62,946 nucleotides of DNA, taken from contig JAGLCW010000201.1 in NCBI GenBank assembly GCA_023146045.1, forward strand, positions 1-62,946. Reading direction: 5' to 3'. The DNA comes from Caldisericia bacterium (GTDB lineage Bacteria > Caldisericota > Caldisericia > UBA6126). Shown here one piece after another: positions 9,645-19,881 of this stretch. The notes beneath the pieces are model-generated. The model had not been told where the DNA came from and made no database searches. It saw nothing but the letters and a program-made list of their open reading frames with translations. Made by a program: the position numbers and the translations under genes. Within the stretch, counting starts at the first letter, position 1. Each line of letters starts with the position of its first letter.

Positions 9645-11405
9645 TTAGTCGTTTACTTTTTTTTCTATTTCTTCAAGAAGCCTTAATTTAATCTCATCTA
9701 AAGTCATTGAGCCGAGATTTTTTCTATGCCTTTTTCTAACAGACACTTTTTCCTCTTCTTGCTCATTTTTTCCAATTATGAACAAATAAGGTATTTTTTC
9801 AATTTCGCCTTTGCGTATCTTCGCATTCATTCTTTCTGATCCTTCATCTACAGATGTTCTTATTCCAACCTCATTCAAGGTGTTACAAATTTCTTTTGAA
9901 TAAGGAATATTTTCATCACAAATTGGAATAATTCTCACTTGTTCTGGAGAAATCCAAAGTGGTAGATTTCCAGCATAATTTTCAAGTAAAATTGCTATGA
10001 ACCTTTCCATAGAACCAAGAGCTGCTGTGTGAAGCATAAACGGTACATGTGCTTCTCCATCTTCACCGATGTACGTAAGTCCAAACTTAGTTGGTAAATT
10101 GAAATCAATTTGAATAGTTGTACACTGCCATAATCTTCCTAAGGCATCTCTTAGTTTTATATCTATTGCAGGACCATAAAATTTTGCTTCTCCTGGATCA
10201 ATTTGGTAAGGAATGCCCATGCGTTCAACAATTGATATAAATTCTTTTTCTATAAGGTCCCATTCTTTTGTGTCACCGATATATTTACCAGCATCGGAAT
10301 GTTCTTTGTCTCGAATGCTAACGTATATTTCTAGGTCGGTAAACCCGAAATCTTTAAAAAGGTTTACAGAAAATTCTCTTATACTATTCAGTTCTTGTTC
10401 AAGTTGTTCTGCACTACAAAAAATATGGGCATCATCTTGTGTAAAACTTCTTACACGAAGTAATCCATGAAGCACACCAGATTTTTCATACCTATAAACT
10501 TTTCCAAGTTCAAAGTACCTTATTGGTAGATCTCTATAGCTTCTTAAACCAGCCTTATAGACTGAAACATGGAATGGGCAATTCATTGGTTTAACCATAA
10601 AAGTTTGGTTATCTCGTTCCATTGGTGGAAACATTGTGTCTAAGTAATGGTAATAATGCCCAGAAGTTTTCCACAAATCTACAAGACCTAGGTGTGGTGA
10701 ACGAACTTCTTTGTATCCGCTTTCTTCATGTTTTTTTGTATCGTAGGCTTCTATCATGCTAAGGAGTTTCGCTCCTTTTGGAAGCCAAATTGGTAATCCA
10801 GCTCCAACTTGCTCATCGAAAATGAAATATCCAAGCTCTTTACCTATTTTTCTATGGTCTCTTTTTTTTGCTTCTTCAAGAAGACGCAAATATTCTTTTA
10901 GTTCTTTTTTGTCAAAGAAAGCCGTTCCATATATTCTTTGTAGCATTTGGTTTGTTTCTTTACCACGCCAATAAGCACCAGCAAGTTTTAAAAGTTTAAA
11001 ATTTCTAACTTGCCCAGTTTTTTCCATGTGTGGACCCTTACATAAATCTGCAAACTCACCTTGTTCAAAAATTGTAATTTTATCGCCCTCGGGTATGGCT
11101 TCTAAAAGTTCTAGTTTATATATATCTTTACTTGTTGTGAATGAGGTTAAGGCTTCTTCTTTAGTAATTTCTTTGCACGTAATAGGTAAATTTTCCTTTA
11201 CGATTTTTTTCATTTCTTCTTGAATTAAACCAAGATCCTCTGGAGTAAAGGATATTTCTCTATCAAAATCGTAGTAAAATCCTGTATCTGTAGAAGGCCC
11301 AATTGCCAATTTCACCTCTGGATACAGTCTTTTTACAGCTTGAGCCAGAATGTGTGCTGCAGAATGACGTAATTTTTCTAATGACTTTTCGTTTTCATTA
11401 CTCAT
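9645..11405 (-). CDS. thrS: Threonine--tRNA ligase (586 aa, no N-terminal TGS domain)
   Basis: The ORF-track entry runs to 11594, but its first 63 codons read through two tRNA genes. ATG at 11405 follows AAGGAG. The protein begins MSNENEKSLEKLRHSAAHILAQAVKRL, the HxxxH editing-domain motif. Class II catalytic core and anticodon-binding domain are present. Confidence 0.9.
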   Translation of the reverse strand: MSNENEKSLEKLRHSAAHILAQAVKRLYPEVKLAIGPSTDTGFYYDFDREISFTPEDLGLIQEEMKKIVKENLPITCKEITKEEALTSFTTSKDIYKLELLEAIPEGDKITIFEQGEFADLCKGPHMEKTGQVRNFKLLKLAGAYWRGKETNQMLQRIYGTAFFDKKELKEYLRLLEEAKKRDHRKIGKELGYFIFDEQVGAGLPIWLPKGAKLLSMIEAYDTKKHEESGYKEVRSPHLGLVDLWKTSGHYYHYLDTMFPPMERDNQTFMVKPMNCPFHVSVYKAGLRSYRDLPIRYFELGKVYRYEKSGVLHGLLRVRSFTQDDAHIFCSAEQLEQELNSIREFSVNLFKDFGFTDLEIYVSIRDKEHSDAGKYIGDTKEWDLIEKEFISIVERMGIPYQIDPGEAKFYGPAIDIKLRDALGRLWQCTTIQIDFNLPTKFGLTYIGEDGEAHVPFMLHTAALGSMERFIAILLENYAGNLPLWISPEQVRIIPICDENIPYSKEICNTLNEVGIRTSVDEGSERMNAKIRKGEIEKIPYLFIIGKNEQEEEKVSVRKRHRKNLGSMTLDEIKLRLLEEIEKKVND

Positions 11406-11469
11406 ATCCAATCTCCTTTCGAGTTTTTTTGCATGTAATTTACTCGTAACTTTGAGCGAAAAAATATAA

Positions 11470-11543
11470 TCGGGGAGAGAAGAATTGAACTTCCGACCTC
11501 TTGATCCCGAACCAAGCGCTCTACCAGGCTGAGCTACTCCCCG
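11470..11543 (-). tRNA. tRNA-Pro (anticodon CGG)
   Basis: Hand-folded cloverleaf. Acceptor CGGGGAG/CTCCCCG, D stem GCTC/GAGC, anticodon stem CTTGG/TCAAG with loop TTCGGGA (CGG, G37), T arm GGAAG-TTCAATT-CTTCT, discriminator A. No encoded CCA. Confidence 0.85.
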
Positions 11544-11557
11544 ATGAAGTAAAAATA

Positions 11558-11632
11558 TCGGAGCGAGAAGATTCGAACTTCCGACCCCCAGCACCCCATG
11601 CTGGTGCGCTAGCCAAACTGCGCCACGCTCCG
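11558..11632 (-). tRNA. tRNA-Pro (anticodon GGG)
   Basis: Hand-folded cloverleaf. Acceptor CGGAGCG/CGCTCCG, D stem GCGC/GCGC, anticodon stem CCAGC/GCTGG with loop ATGGGGT (GGG, G37), T arm GGAAG-TTCGAAT-CTTCT, discriminator A. Confidence 0.85.
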
Positions 11633-11683
11633 TAATAGTTTTTTAAAACACAGATAATTATACATTATTACAGGAAAAATCAA

Positions 11684-12685
11684 CTATTCGAATTTCAATT
11701 CACGGTTCATGAGCTCTAAGATAGCCTTCTTCGGATCTATCTTACCAAATACAATTGTTTCAAGCATTGAAGATATTGGTAACTCTACGTTGAATGATTT
11801 TGAGAGAGTAATCAATGCTTTTAAATTATCGATGCCTTCTATGGTTTTGCCCGATTCTTTAATCAAATACTCTGTGCTGACTCCCTTAGCCAACTGCACT
11901 CCAGCCCAGTAATTCCTACTTTTTGAAGAAGAGCATGTAAGTATTAAGTCTCCAAGACATGCTAATCCAAATATTGTTTCGTTTTTTGCACCCATTGCTT
12001 GAAGAAGTCTTTTCATTTCTTGCGAACCTCTTGTTAATAATGCTGCATGAATATTTTTTCCTAATCCCATTGCAGCTATCATACCAGCTGCAATTGCAAT
12101 TACATTTTTTGTTGGTCCTCCTAGTTGAACACCAATAATGTCTGTATTACCATACACCCTAAATAATGGTGTAGAAAAGTATTCTTGCAATTCTTTCAGC
12201 ATTTTTACATCTTTGCCTGCTATTGTAGAAAGTGCTGGTAAATTCCTAGATATTTCAGCCGCAAAATTAGGACCAGAAAGAGAAAAAATGTTTTCTTCTG
12301 AAATTTTAAGCTCGGTATGTATATATTCGGCTAAAAGGTGTACTTTGTCAGAAAAAATCAATCCTTTTGTGATTATTGTGACAATCCAATCACTTTTAAC
12401 AAATGGTCTTAAATCTTTCATTAGAGACGGTATATACTTGGAGGGCTGAGCAACAATAACTACCTTTTTGTTTAAAACTGCATCTTTTAGCACATTTGTA
12501 AATGTAAGTTTTTTGCTTAATTTAACGCCAGGTAAATATTTTGAATTTTCATTGTTTTGTTCAAAATCTTTTACTACTTCTTCTTCGTAAGTCCAGACAG
12601 TTACGTCTTCGCCTTTTTTCGAAAGAAGATTCGCAATTGTTGTTCCCCAAGCTCCTCCGCCAAGTACAACAGCCTTGCCTAACAT
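11684..12685 (-). CDS. gpsA: NAD(P)H-dependent glycerol-3-phosphate dehydrogenase
   Basis: 333 aa with N-terminal Rossmann motif VLGGGAWGTTIA. Conserved der-gpsA adjacency. Confidence 0.92.
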   Translation of the reverse strand: MLGKAVVLGGGAWGTTIANLLSKKGEDVTVWTYEEEVVKDFEQNNENSKYLPGVKLSKKLTFTNVLKDAVLNKKVVIVAQPSKYIPSLMKDLRPFVKSDWIVTIITKGLIFSDKVHLLAEYIHTELKISEENIFSLSGPNFAAEISRNLPALSTIAGKDVKMLKELQEYFSTPLFRVYGNTDIIGVQLGGPTKNVIAIAAGMIAAMGLGKNIHAALLTRGSQEMKRLLQAMGAKNETIFGLACLGDLILTCSSSKSRNYWAGVQLAKGVSTEYLIKESGKTIEGIDNLKALITLSKSFNVELPISSMLETIVFGKIDPKKAILELMNRELKFE

Positions 12686-14007
12686 TATTTTTTGTCTCCC
12701 CTTCTGTCTTTTAGTTTTATTACAACAGGAGTTCCAACTAATTCCATTTCTTCTTTAATTCTGTTTTTAAAAAAATTAATATATGATTGCGTGAATGTTT
12801 TTGGTTGATTCACAAAAAACACAAAGCGTGGTGGTTTTGCTGCTACTTGTGTAACATACAAAATTTTTCTATCTCCCATTTGAATTGGATTTTCAATGAG
12901 CACTTTTCTTACCATTATGTTTGCTTGGTGAGTTGTAAGCCTGGTTGTATATGAAGCATAAACTCTTTTAATTTTTGAAAAAACCTCTGCAAGTCCTTTA
13001 TTATGAAGAGCAGAAATAAAAATTACTGGTGAATAGCTTAAAAACCTTAACCTGGTTCTTATGTTCCACAGAACTTCTTCTGGGTTTTCTATTTCATCTT
13101 TTTTATTGACTAAAATAATACATGCTTTTCTGTTTTCCTGAATTGTTCTTGCGATTTTCTGATCTTCTCTACCAATGTTTTCTGTTCCATCTAGCATAAG
13201 CAATGCAACATCTGCTGTTTTAATAATTCCTTCAGCTCTCTTCATACTAAGATAAATTGGTCCAAATTCATGCATCCATCTTGATCTTATTCCAGCTGTA
13301 TCGATAAATTTATATTCTTCTCCCTTATAAATAGCTCTTTCTTGAATAGGATCTCTTGTTGTAAATTCTTTGTTTTGAACAAACGATCTTGTTTTTCCCA
13401 AAACAGTATTAAACAAAGTAGATTTCCCAACATTTGGTTTTCCAAGCAGTACTATCGCTGGATATTCTGGCTCTTCTTCTTCTGGAATAGGAGATTCTTC
13501 TGCTTTCTCCATGCAAGCATCTAACAGTTCATAGACACCTGTGCTAGACGCTGCAGAAACTGTGTATAATTTATCAAACCCCAATCCATAAAAACTATAC
13601 TCTTCAAATGTCTTAATTTTATCTGCTTTGTTAACCACAAGAAGAGTTCTATTAAACAATTTAATTTTTCTTAAAAACTGAACAAGTTGTTCGTCTTGAG
13701 GAAAAATACCCTCAGATCCATCAACCACCATAAGAATGACATCAGATTTTTCCATTTCATCTACCATTAGTTTTTGTTGTTCGTTCAACTCACGCATAGA
13801 TGATATATTTTCTAACCCTGCAGAATCGGCAACTCTGATTTTCTGTTGTTGCCATTCCATTTCCTGACGGATAACATCTATTGTGGTACCTTTTTCTTCT
13901 AGAACTATATTTTTCTTTTTCGTCATACGATTAAATAAAGAGGATTTCCCAACGGAATATCGTCCAATCAAAAATATTTTCACCATTTTAATATACGCTT
14001 CTTTCAT
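12685..14007 (-). CDS. der: Ribosome-associated GTPase Der/EngA
   Basis: Two tandem GTPase domains (GRYSVGKSSLFN ... DSAG ... NKAD; GKPNVGKSTLFN ... DTAG ... NKKD) plus a KH-like C-terminus. The start may be the internal M8. Confidence 0.9.
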   Translation of the reverse strand: MKEAYIKMVKIFLIGRYSVGKSSLFNRMTKKKNIVLEEKGTTIDVIRQEMEWQQQKIRVADSAGLENISSMRELNEQQKLMVDEMEKSDVILMVVDGSEGIFPQDEQLVQFLRKIKLFNRTLLVVNKADKIKTFEEYSFYGLGFDKLYTVSAASSTGVYELLDACMEKAEESPIPEEEEPEYPAIVLLGKPNVGKSTLFNTVLGKTRSFVQNKEFTTRDPIQERAIYKGEEYKFIDTAGIRSRWMHEFGPIYLSMKRAEGIIKTADVALLMLDGTENIGREDQKIARTIQENRKACIILVNKKDEIENPEEVLWNIRTRLRFLSYSPVIFISALHNKGLAEVFSKIKRVYASYTTRLTTHQANIMVRKVLIENPIQMGDRKILYVTQVAAKPPRFVFFVNQPKTFTQSYINFFKNRIKEEMELVGTPVVIKLKDRRGDKK

Positions 14008-14061
14008 TATAATGAATCACATATGCATCTAAGATTATAACAAATAATATTGGAGATAACG

Positions 14062-14679
14062 ATGAACCTTAAAGATCTATCTATTGTAAATTTTTGTGAA
14101 GAATTAGCCTCAAAGAATCCAACACCTGGTGGTGGTTCTGCTGCTGCTGCTGCTGGTTCTATAGGTTTAAGTTTAGTATTAATGACTGGAAACTATGCTG
14201 AAGATCAAGAAAAATTAATTCCAATTTTAGAAGGACTAAACAAGGAAAAAAGAACTTTACTTCAGCTTATTGACGACGATGCATCTTCTTTTACAAGTTT
14301 TATGGAAGCAATGAAGCTACCAAAAAATACAAAAGAAGAAAAAATATTTAGAAGAGCACAAATGCAAGATTCTCTAAAACATGCTGCTGATATCCCATTT
14401 GAAACTTTAAAGTCTTGCAGCATTGGTATCAAATACATGCAAATGATACAATCAGATGTCAAATCAAGTATGCTAAGCGATTTGGGTGCAGCAGCTGTTA
14501 CCCTATCTGCAGCAATTCAAAGTGCATACCTGAATGTCGTGATAAATGCAAATTCAATAAAAGACAAAGTCTTTACGGAAAACTTGCTATCTGAATCAAA
14601 TGAATTAAAGAATAATTCTTTAGAAGTTTTAAATTCAGTATTTGAATCGGTACAAAAAGAACTTGAAACAAACGCCTGA
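14062..14679 (+). CDS. Cyclodeaminase/cyclohydrolase family protein (formiminotransferase-cyclodeaminase C-terminal-like)
   Basis: Motif PTPGGGSAAAAAGSIGLSLVLM near the N-terminus in an all-helical ~205 aa protein. ATG at 14062 lies 6 nt after GGAG; the ORF-track start at 14050 is a TTG. Confidence 0.75.
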   Translation: MNLKDLSIVNFCEELASKNPTPGGGSAAAAAGSIGLSLVLMTGNYAEDQEKLIPILEGLNKEKRTLLQLIDDDASSFTSFMEAMKLPKNTKEEKIFRRAQMQDSLKHAADIPFETLKSCSIGIKYMQMIQSDVKSSMLSDLGAAAVTLSAAIQSAYLNVVINANSIKDKVFTENLLSESNELKNNSLEVLNSVFESVQKELETNA

Positions 14680-15574
14680 ATATCTTTCATATACCTTAAA
14701 TGAGTTAAGAAATGTTCAAGAACAGCTTAACGCTCATCTTGATTCATGTGCTCTGTGCCCAAGAAATTGCAGTGTGAATCGAAGAAAAGAAGAGCTAGGA
14801 TTTTGCAAAGCTGGGCAAGTTGTTAAATTAGGCAATTACATGGTGCACAAGGGTGAAGAACCACCCATTAGCGGTGATCTTGGTTCTGGAACTGTTTTCT
14901 TTGCACACTGCACATTACGTTGTTGTTATTGTCAGAATTTTCAATTTTCACAGCTTCATAAGGGCACAGACTACTCTATTGAAGATTTAGCTCAAGTTTA
15001 CCTATGGTTACAAGACCAAGGTTGTCACAATTTAAACTGGGTAAGTCCTACTCAGTTTCTTCCGCAAGCTTTTTCTGCACTATTAATAGCTAGGGAAAAA
15101 GGATTGCGAATCCCACTAATATGGAATACAAGCGGATGGGAATCACCAAAAATAATTTCTCTATCAAAATATTTCTGCGATATTTTCCTTATGGATGTTA
15201 GATACAGCAAAGATAAAACCGGATTCGAATTTTCAAAAGCAATAGAATATCAAAAATTCAACAGAAAATGTGTAGAAATTGCACATGAAATTCAACCAGA
15301 AAACATCTTTGAAAATGGCTTGTTAAAAAAGGGCATTATTATTAGACTGCTAGTACTACCAGAGCTAGAAAATGAATGCATAGAAAATCTTTTGTGGATT
15401 AAATCATCTTTTGGAAGCAATACTCTTATTAGCTTAATGAGCCAGTATTTTCCAGCATGGGAAGCACTTAAAAATCCTCCATTGAATAGAAAAATTACAA
15501 AAGAAGAATTCGATAAAGTATCTTCAAAGCTAACCTCTCTTGGGTTTGACAAAGGATGGATACAGGATCTATGA
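14642..15574 (+). CDS. Radical SAM protein (PflX-like putative activating enzyme)
   Basis: CxxxCxxC cluster motif in HCTLRCCYCQNF, plus an upstream Cys cluster CALCPRNCSVNRRKEELGFC. The start codon (TTG at 14642) is uncertain and overlaps the preceding gene. Confidence 0.72.
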   Translation: MNRYKKNLKQTPEYLSYTLNELRNVQEQLNAHLDSCALCPRNCSVNRRKEELGFCKAGQVVKLGNYMVHKGEEPPISGDLGSGTVFFAHCTLRCCYCQNFQFSQLHKGTDYSIEDLAQVYLWLQDQGCHNLNWVSPTQFLPQAFSALLIAREKGLRIPLIWNTSGWESPKIISLSKYFCDIFLMDVRYSKDKTGFEFSKAIEYQKFNRKCVEIAHEIQPENIFENGLLKKGIIIRLLVLPELENECIENLLWIKSSFGSNTLISLMSQYFPAWEALKNPPLNRKITKEEFDKVSSKLTSLGFDKGWIQDL

Positions 15575-17070
15575 GCATAAAAAATGTGGATTTGAATATT
15601 TTAATGGAACAATTGACCAACAGAGATTTAATTTCTTCTTTAAATGAATGGAATAATGCATGTTTAAGGGAAAATATAAAATTGTACCTTGTTGGGGGTT
15701 GTATAAGAGATTCAATCCTAGGAATAAAAAACAGTAAGCTTGATTTAGATTTCATTGTTGATCCATTCGAAAAAACTGTTTTTGCAACTAAAGAATTAAA
15801 CAAAATATTGGGTTATCATTCATTTCCATTAGACATAGAGAGAAATATTTATAGGCTTTCTTTTGAAAATACTCAAGTAGACGTCAATGGAATTCGCGGT
15901 GAAGAATTGATTGACGATATATTCGATAGAGATTTTACGATTAACTCTTTAACAATTTCGTTAACTTCCTTTTTGAGACATGCGAAAATTTCAGATACAT
16001 TTTTCCCAATAAACGACTACTTTAACGGCATAGAAGACTTGAAAATTAAGCAAATTAAGATTCATAACCCTGACTCATTCATTAATGACCCTCTTAGAAT
16101 ACTAAGAGCTATTCGAATAGCTTCTCAAATAAATGGCAAAATTGATCCATTCACATTTCAAAAAATGAGCGACTCAAGTTCATTAATGAAAAATGTGTCT
16201 ACAGAAAGAATTAGAGATGAGTTTCTAAAAATTCTTTCAAACAGTGATTCTTTTAAGTGGATTGGGTCTTTGGAAGAATCTGGCATTCTGTCTTCTTTTT
16301 TCCCATTCTTTGACTGGTATAAACCATTAGACTCTAGCTACACTACATGGATGAATTTAAGAAATCATATTAGGTCTGCCCTATGGTATACAGAAAAAAT
16401 ATTTAAGGAGATACACAAAGGTAAGTTCCCACACTGCGCAGAGTTGTGTGAAATTCTTAATACAAACTTAGTCCCCGAAGCTACACAAGAAACATTAATG
16501 AAAATTGCTATTTTACTTCATGATGTAGGAAAACCTGATACTATTAGAATAGTTGATAATAGATTAAGATTTTTTGAACATGAAAATGTTGGAGTACGCA
16601 TAGCACAAGAGTATTTAAGCGAATTACATTTTTCCAGCAAAGAAATTCAGTTCATTACATCAATAATTAAGTGGCATATGCGTCCACACAACCTCTCAAA
16701 CTCTCAAAACTTAACTAACCGTGCAAAATATAGATATTTTAAAGATACAGGTAAAATTGGTATACCGAACTTACTAATTGCCCTAGCAGATGCTTATGCA
16801 ACAAGACTGGTTCCAATGGGTGGTCTTCCAGAATACGAAAATTTCGTTGATGAAATGATTACATTTGCACTAACACCTGGATCAATAATTGAGAAACCTT
16901 TTTTAAACGGTAACGAAATAATGAATATTTTAAGCATTAAACCCTCTAAATCTATTGGTAGGATACTAAAAGATTTGCTTGAAGAACAAAGCATTGGCAA
17001 CGTAACTTCTAGAGATGAAGCAAAAAAATGGTTGTTAAAATATGTAGATAAAAAACTAATTTTTAAGTAG
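15556..17070 (+). CDS. CCA-adding enzyme / poly(A) polymerase family nucleotidyltransferase with HD domain
   Basis: Head-domain motifs LVGGCIRDSILG and RDFTINSL. HD motif LLHDVGKP. Confidence 0.8.
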   Translation: MDTGSMSIKNVDLNILMEQLTNRDLISSLNEWNNACLRENIKLYLVGGCIRDSILGIKNSKLDLDFIVDPFEKTVFATKELNKILGYHSFPLDIERNIYRLSFENTQVDVNGIRGEELIDDIFDRDFTINSLTISLTSFLRHAKISDTFFPINDYFNGIEDLKIKQIKIHNPDSFINDPLRILRAIRIASQINGKIDPFTFQKMSDSSSLMKNVSTERIRDEFLKILSNSDSFKWIGSLEESGILSSFFPFFDWYKPLDSSYTTWMNLRNHIRSALWYTEKIFKEIHKGKFPHCAELCEILNTNLVPEATQETLMKIAILLHDVGKPDTIRIVDNRLRFFEHENVGVRIAQEYLSELHFSSKEIQFITSIIKWHMRPHNLSNSQNLTNRAKYRYFKDTGKIGIPNLLIALADAYATRLVPMGGLPEYENFVDEMITFALTPGSIIEKPFLNGNEIMNILSIKPSKSIGRILKDLLEEQSIGNVTSRDEAKKWLLKYVDKKLIFK

Positions 17071-17161
17071 TTGCTTATTAAGAATATTTTTAAATACTAT
17101 TCTAATTTGGTGATATACTAAACATTAATAACACATTACAATTACGTACGGAGAGTAATAA

Positions 17162-18043
17162 ATGGATAATAACAGAGTTGTTACAAATCGTGGATTGGCC
17201 CAAATGTTAAAAGGCGGAGTCATCATGGACGTTACTACCGCTGAGCAGGCACTCGTTGCTCAAAAAGCTGGTGCTATTGCAGTTATGGCTCTAGAGCGTG
17301 TACCAGCAGACATTAGAAAAGCTGGTGGAGTAGCCCGCATGTGTGACCCTCTTAAAGTTAAAGAAATTCAAAAAGCAGTAACAATACCTGTAATGGCAAA
17401 ATGTAGAATTGGTCATATAACAGAAGCTAGGGTATTGGAAGCATTACACGTAGACTACATCGACGAAAGTGAAGTATTAACTCCAGCCGATGAAGAAAAC
17501 CATATAGACAAACTCCAATTTAAAATTCCATTTGTTTGTGGATGCAGAAACATTGGTGAAGCACTTCGTCGCATATCTGAAGGAGCTTCTATGATAAGAA
17601 CCAAGGGCGAAGCAGGAACAGGAAATGTTGTTGAGGCAGTCAGGCACATGAGAAAAGTTCAAGCACAGATTCGTTGGATTGCATCTATGCAAGACGATGA
17701 ATTATTTACTGCAGCAAAAGAATTACAGGTTCCTATAAGTTTACTTCATGAAGTTAAAAAACAAAAAAGACTTCCAGTTGTAAATTTTGCAGCTGGTGGA
17801 ATAGCTACACCTTCCGATGCAGCACTTATGATGCATCTTGGTGCAGATGGAGTATTTGTAGGATCTGGAATTTTCAAATCAGACAATCCCACAGTCATGG
17901 CAAATGCAATAGTAAAAGCTGTTGCTAATTGGGATAAACCAGAAGTGATTTCTTCAATCTCAATGGGTTTAGGAGACGCCATGAAAGGCTTAGATATACA
18001 TTTGATTGACAAAAAAGATCGTCTATCAGAACGAGGCAATTAA
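17162..18043 (+). CDS. pdxS: Pyridoxal 5'-phosphate synthase, lyase subunit PdxS
   Basis: 293 aa, highly conserved ([53 protein letters not shown]). Confidence 0.95.
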   Translation: MDNNRVVTNRGLAQMLKGGVIMDVTTAEQALVAQKAGAIAVMALERVPADIRKAGGVARMCDPLKVKEIQKAVTIPVMAKCRIGHITEARVLEALHVDYIDESEVLTPADEENHIDKLQFKIPFVCGCRNIGEALRRISEGASMIRTKGEAGTGNVVEAVRHMRKVQAQIRWIASMQDDELFTAAKELQVPISLLHEVKKQKRLPVVNFAAGGIATPSDAALMMHLGADGVFVGSGIFKSDNPTVMANAIVKAVANWDKPEVISSISMGLGDAMKGLDIHLIDKKDRLSERGN

Positions 18044-18046
18044 TCA

Positions 18047-18613
18047 GTGAAAATTGGAATCCTAGGGTTTCAAGGATCTATTGAGGAACACGAAGCCACA
18101 CTACACAGTTTAGAAATTGAAACATATCGAGTTAAAACAAAAGAGGATTTAAACGTTATCGATGGGCTCATTCTCCCTGGCGGAGAAAGCACTCATATGC
18201 TTATGGCAATGAAGTTCAATGGTCTTTATGATGCGTTAAAAGAAAAAATTAATAGCAATCTTCCTATTTTTGCTACCTGTGCTGGTGTTGTTCTGCTCTC
18301 GCGCAGTATAGAAAATTCAGAACAAGAATCTATTGGTGTATTGGATGCTGTGGTTTCCAGAAATGGATATGGACCTCAGTATTTCAGCTTTATCGAGGAG
18401 GTCAAGATTGAAGGCTTTAAGAAAGAATTTCGCGCAGTTTTCATACGAGCCCCCATTGTTCGCTCAGTAGGAACTCAAGTTAAGGTTCTGGCTCGCGACA
18501 AGATGGGTAATCCTATTTTTATTAAGCAGAACCATATTTTTGGTTTAACTTTTCATCCAGAATTAACAAAGGATGACAGACTCCATAAACTTTTTATTGA
18601 AACTATACACTAG
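18047..18613 (+). CDS. pdxT: Pyridoxal 5'-phosphate synthase, glutaminase subunit PdxT
   Basis: 188 aa with GTG start, LPGGESTHM and TCAG catalytic Cys motif, FHPELT. Directly follows pdxS. Confidence 0.92.
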   Translation: MKIGILGFQGSIEEHEATLHSLEIETYRVKTKEDLNVIDGLILPGGESTHMLMAMKFNGLYDALKEKINSNLPIFATCAGVVLLSRSIENSEQESIGVLDAVVSRNGYGPQYFSFIEEVKIEGFKKEFRAVFIRAPIVRSVGTQVKVLARDKMGNPIFIKQNHIFGLTFHPELTKDDRLHKLFIETIH

Positions 18614-18625
18614 GAGGAGATTATT

Positions 18626-19381
18626 ATGTCGGGACATTCTAAATGGCACAATATTAAAGGCAAAAAATCTGCAGAAGATGCAAAGCGCGGAAAATTATTT
18701 ACAAAACTCGGAAAAGAAATAACAATAGCATCACGTGAGGGTGGCGGTAGTACTGATACAAATCCTCGATTAAGAACAGCTATGGAAAAAGCAAAAGCTG
18801 GAGGAATGCCAAATGTTAATATAGATAGGGCAATTAAGCGAGGCACCGGAGAACTTAAAGACGGAGCAATATTCCTTGAACTTGTCTATGAGGGCTATGG
18901 ACCAGAAGGTACAGCCTTATTGATCGAAGTAGCAACTGATAACAAAAATAGAACCTCTGCTGAAGTGAGAAAGATTTTTAGTAAATTTGGTGGAAGCATG
19001 GGCGAGCAGGGCTGCGTTTCTTGGATGTTTAAAACAGTTGGTGCTATCTCGTTAGCGAACAAAGAACTGTCTGAAGATGAAGTATTTGAAATTTCTGCAA
19101 TATGTGATGCAGAAGATTTTGAAAAAGATGGAGACACTTGGGTAATTACAGTAGATCCAAAAAAATTGTATTCTTCTAAAGAAGCACTTGAAAAAGAAAA
19201 TATAGAAATTGAATCTTCTGATATTGATAAAATACCAAACACCATGGTAAAAATAGTTGGAGATAAAGTTAGCACAATGTTGAAGTTAGTGAATGAGCTA
19301 GATGATAGCGATGACGTAACAAAGATATTCTCTAACTATGATATTTCTGACGAAGATATGGAAGCATATTACAATAATTGA
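18626..19381 (+). CDS. YebC/PmpR family DNA-binding transcriptional regulator
   Basis: N-terminus MSGHSKWHNIKGKK. 251 aa, upstream of ruvC as in many bacteria. Confidence 0.92.
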   Translation: MSGHSKWHNIKGKKSAEDAKRGKLFTKLGKEITIASREGGGSTDTNPRLRTAMEKAKAGGMPNVNIDRAIKRGTGELKDGAIFLELVYEGYGPEGTALLIEVATDNKNRTSAEVRKIFSKFGGSMGEQGCVSWMFKTVGAISLANKELSEDEVFEISAICDAEDFEKDGDTWVITVDPKKLYSSKEALEKENIEIESSDIDKIPNTMVKIVGDKVSTMLKLVNELDDSDDVTKIFSNYDISDEDMEAYYNN

Positions 19382-19881
19382 TTAAATCCGAAAATTCAAA
19401 AATTATTTTAGGAATTGATCCTGGTATTGCTAATACGGGTTATGCGTGCCTTCTTTCTAAAGAAGGCACGTTTCGCGTACTTAAAGTAGGTGTTTTTATT
19501 ACGAAAAAAGGATATACACCGTCAAGAATAAAAAAGGTTTATGACTTTTTTACAGAGCTAGTAATACAATTTGAACCAGATTGTATTTCCATGGAAAGAT
19601 TGTTTTTTGCAAAAAATGTGAAAACTGCATTACTGGTAGAAGAAGTTAGGGGAGCATTAATGCTTCTTTCTGCTCAACAAAGCATTGATTTGTTCCAGTA
19701 TACTCCTCTACAAATAAAAAAAACATTGACTAGCTATGGACAAGCATCAAAATTAGAAGTAAAAATGGTAGCACAGCAACTTGTAAGATGCGACCTTCCG
19801 AAATCTGATGATGCTTGTGATGCAGTTGCTGCAGCCATATGTCATGCTTATAATGAAGATTTAGGGGATATTTATGATTAA
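19378..19881 (+). CDS. ruvC: Crossover junction endodeoxyribonuclease RuvC
   Basis: ILGIDPGIANTGYA catalytic Asp motif, C-terminal DACDAVAAAICH. TTG start overlaps the yebC stop. Confidence 0.88.
   Translation: MIKSENSKIILGIDPGIANTGYACLLSKEGTFRVLKVGVFITKKGYTPSRIKKVYDFFTELVIQFEPDCISMERLFFAKNVKTALLVEEVRGALMLLSAQQSIDLFQYTPLQIKKTLTSYGQASKLEVKMVAQQLVRCDLPKSDDACDAVAAAICHAYNEDLGDIYD

Noticed and set aside
11406-11594. N-terminal 63 codons of the ORF-track thrS model (MLGVGSSNLLAPIFLLHRGVAQPGRALGSGSRG...)
   Set aside because: This part of the frame is the reverse-strand read-through of two well-folding tRNA-Pro genes. A proper ATG with an AAGGAG RBS exists at 11405, and the homology to ThrS begins there.
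14008-14061. Strand-switch point (divergent der / cyclodeaminase genes) as a replication origin
   Set aside because: There are no DnaA-box-like TTATCCACA repeats and no dnaA/dnaN nearby. A 54-nt spacer is too small for an oriC.
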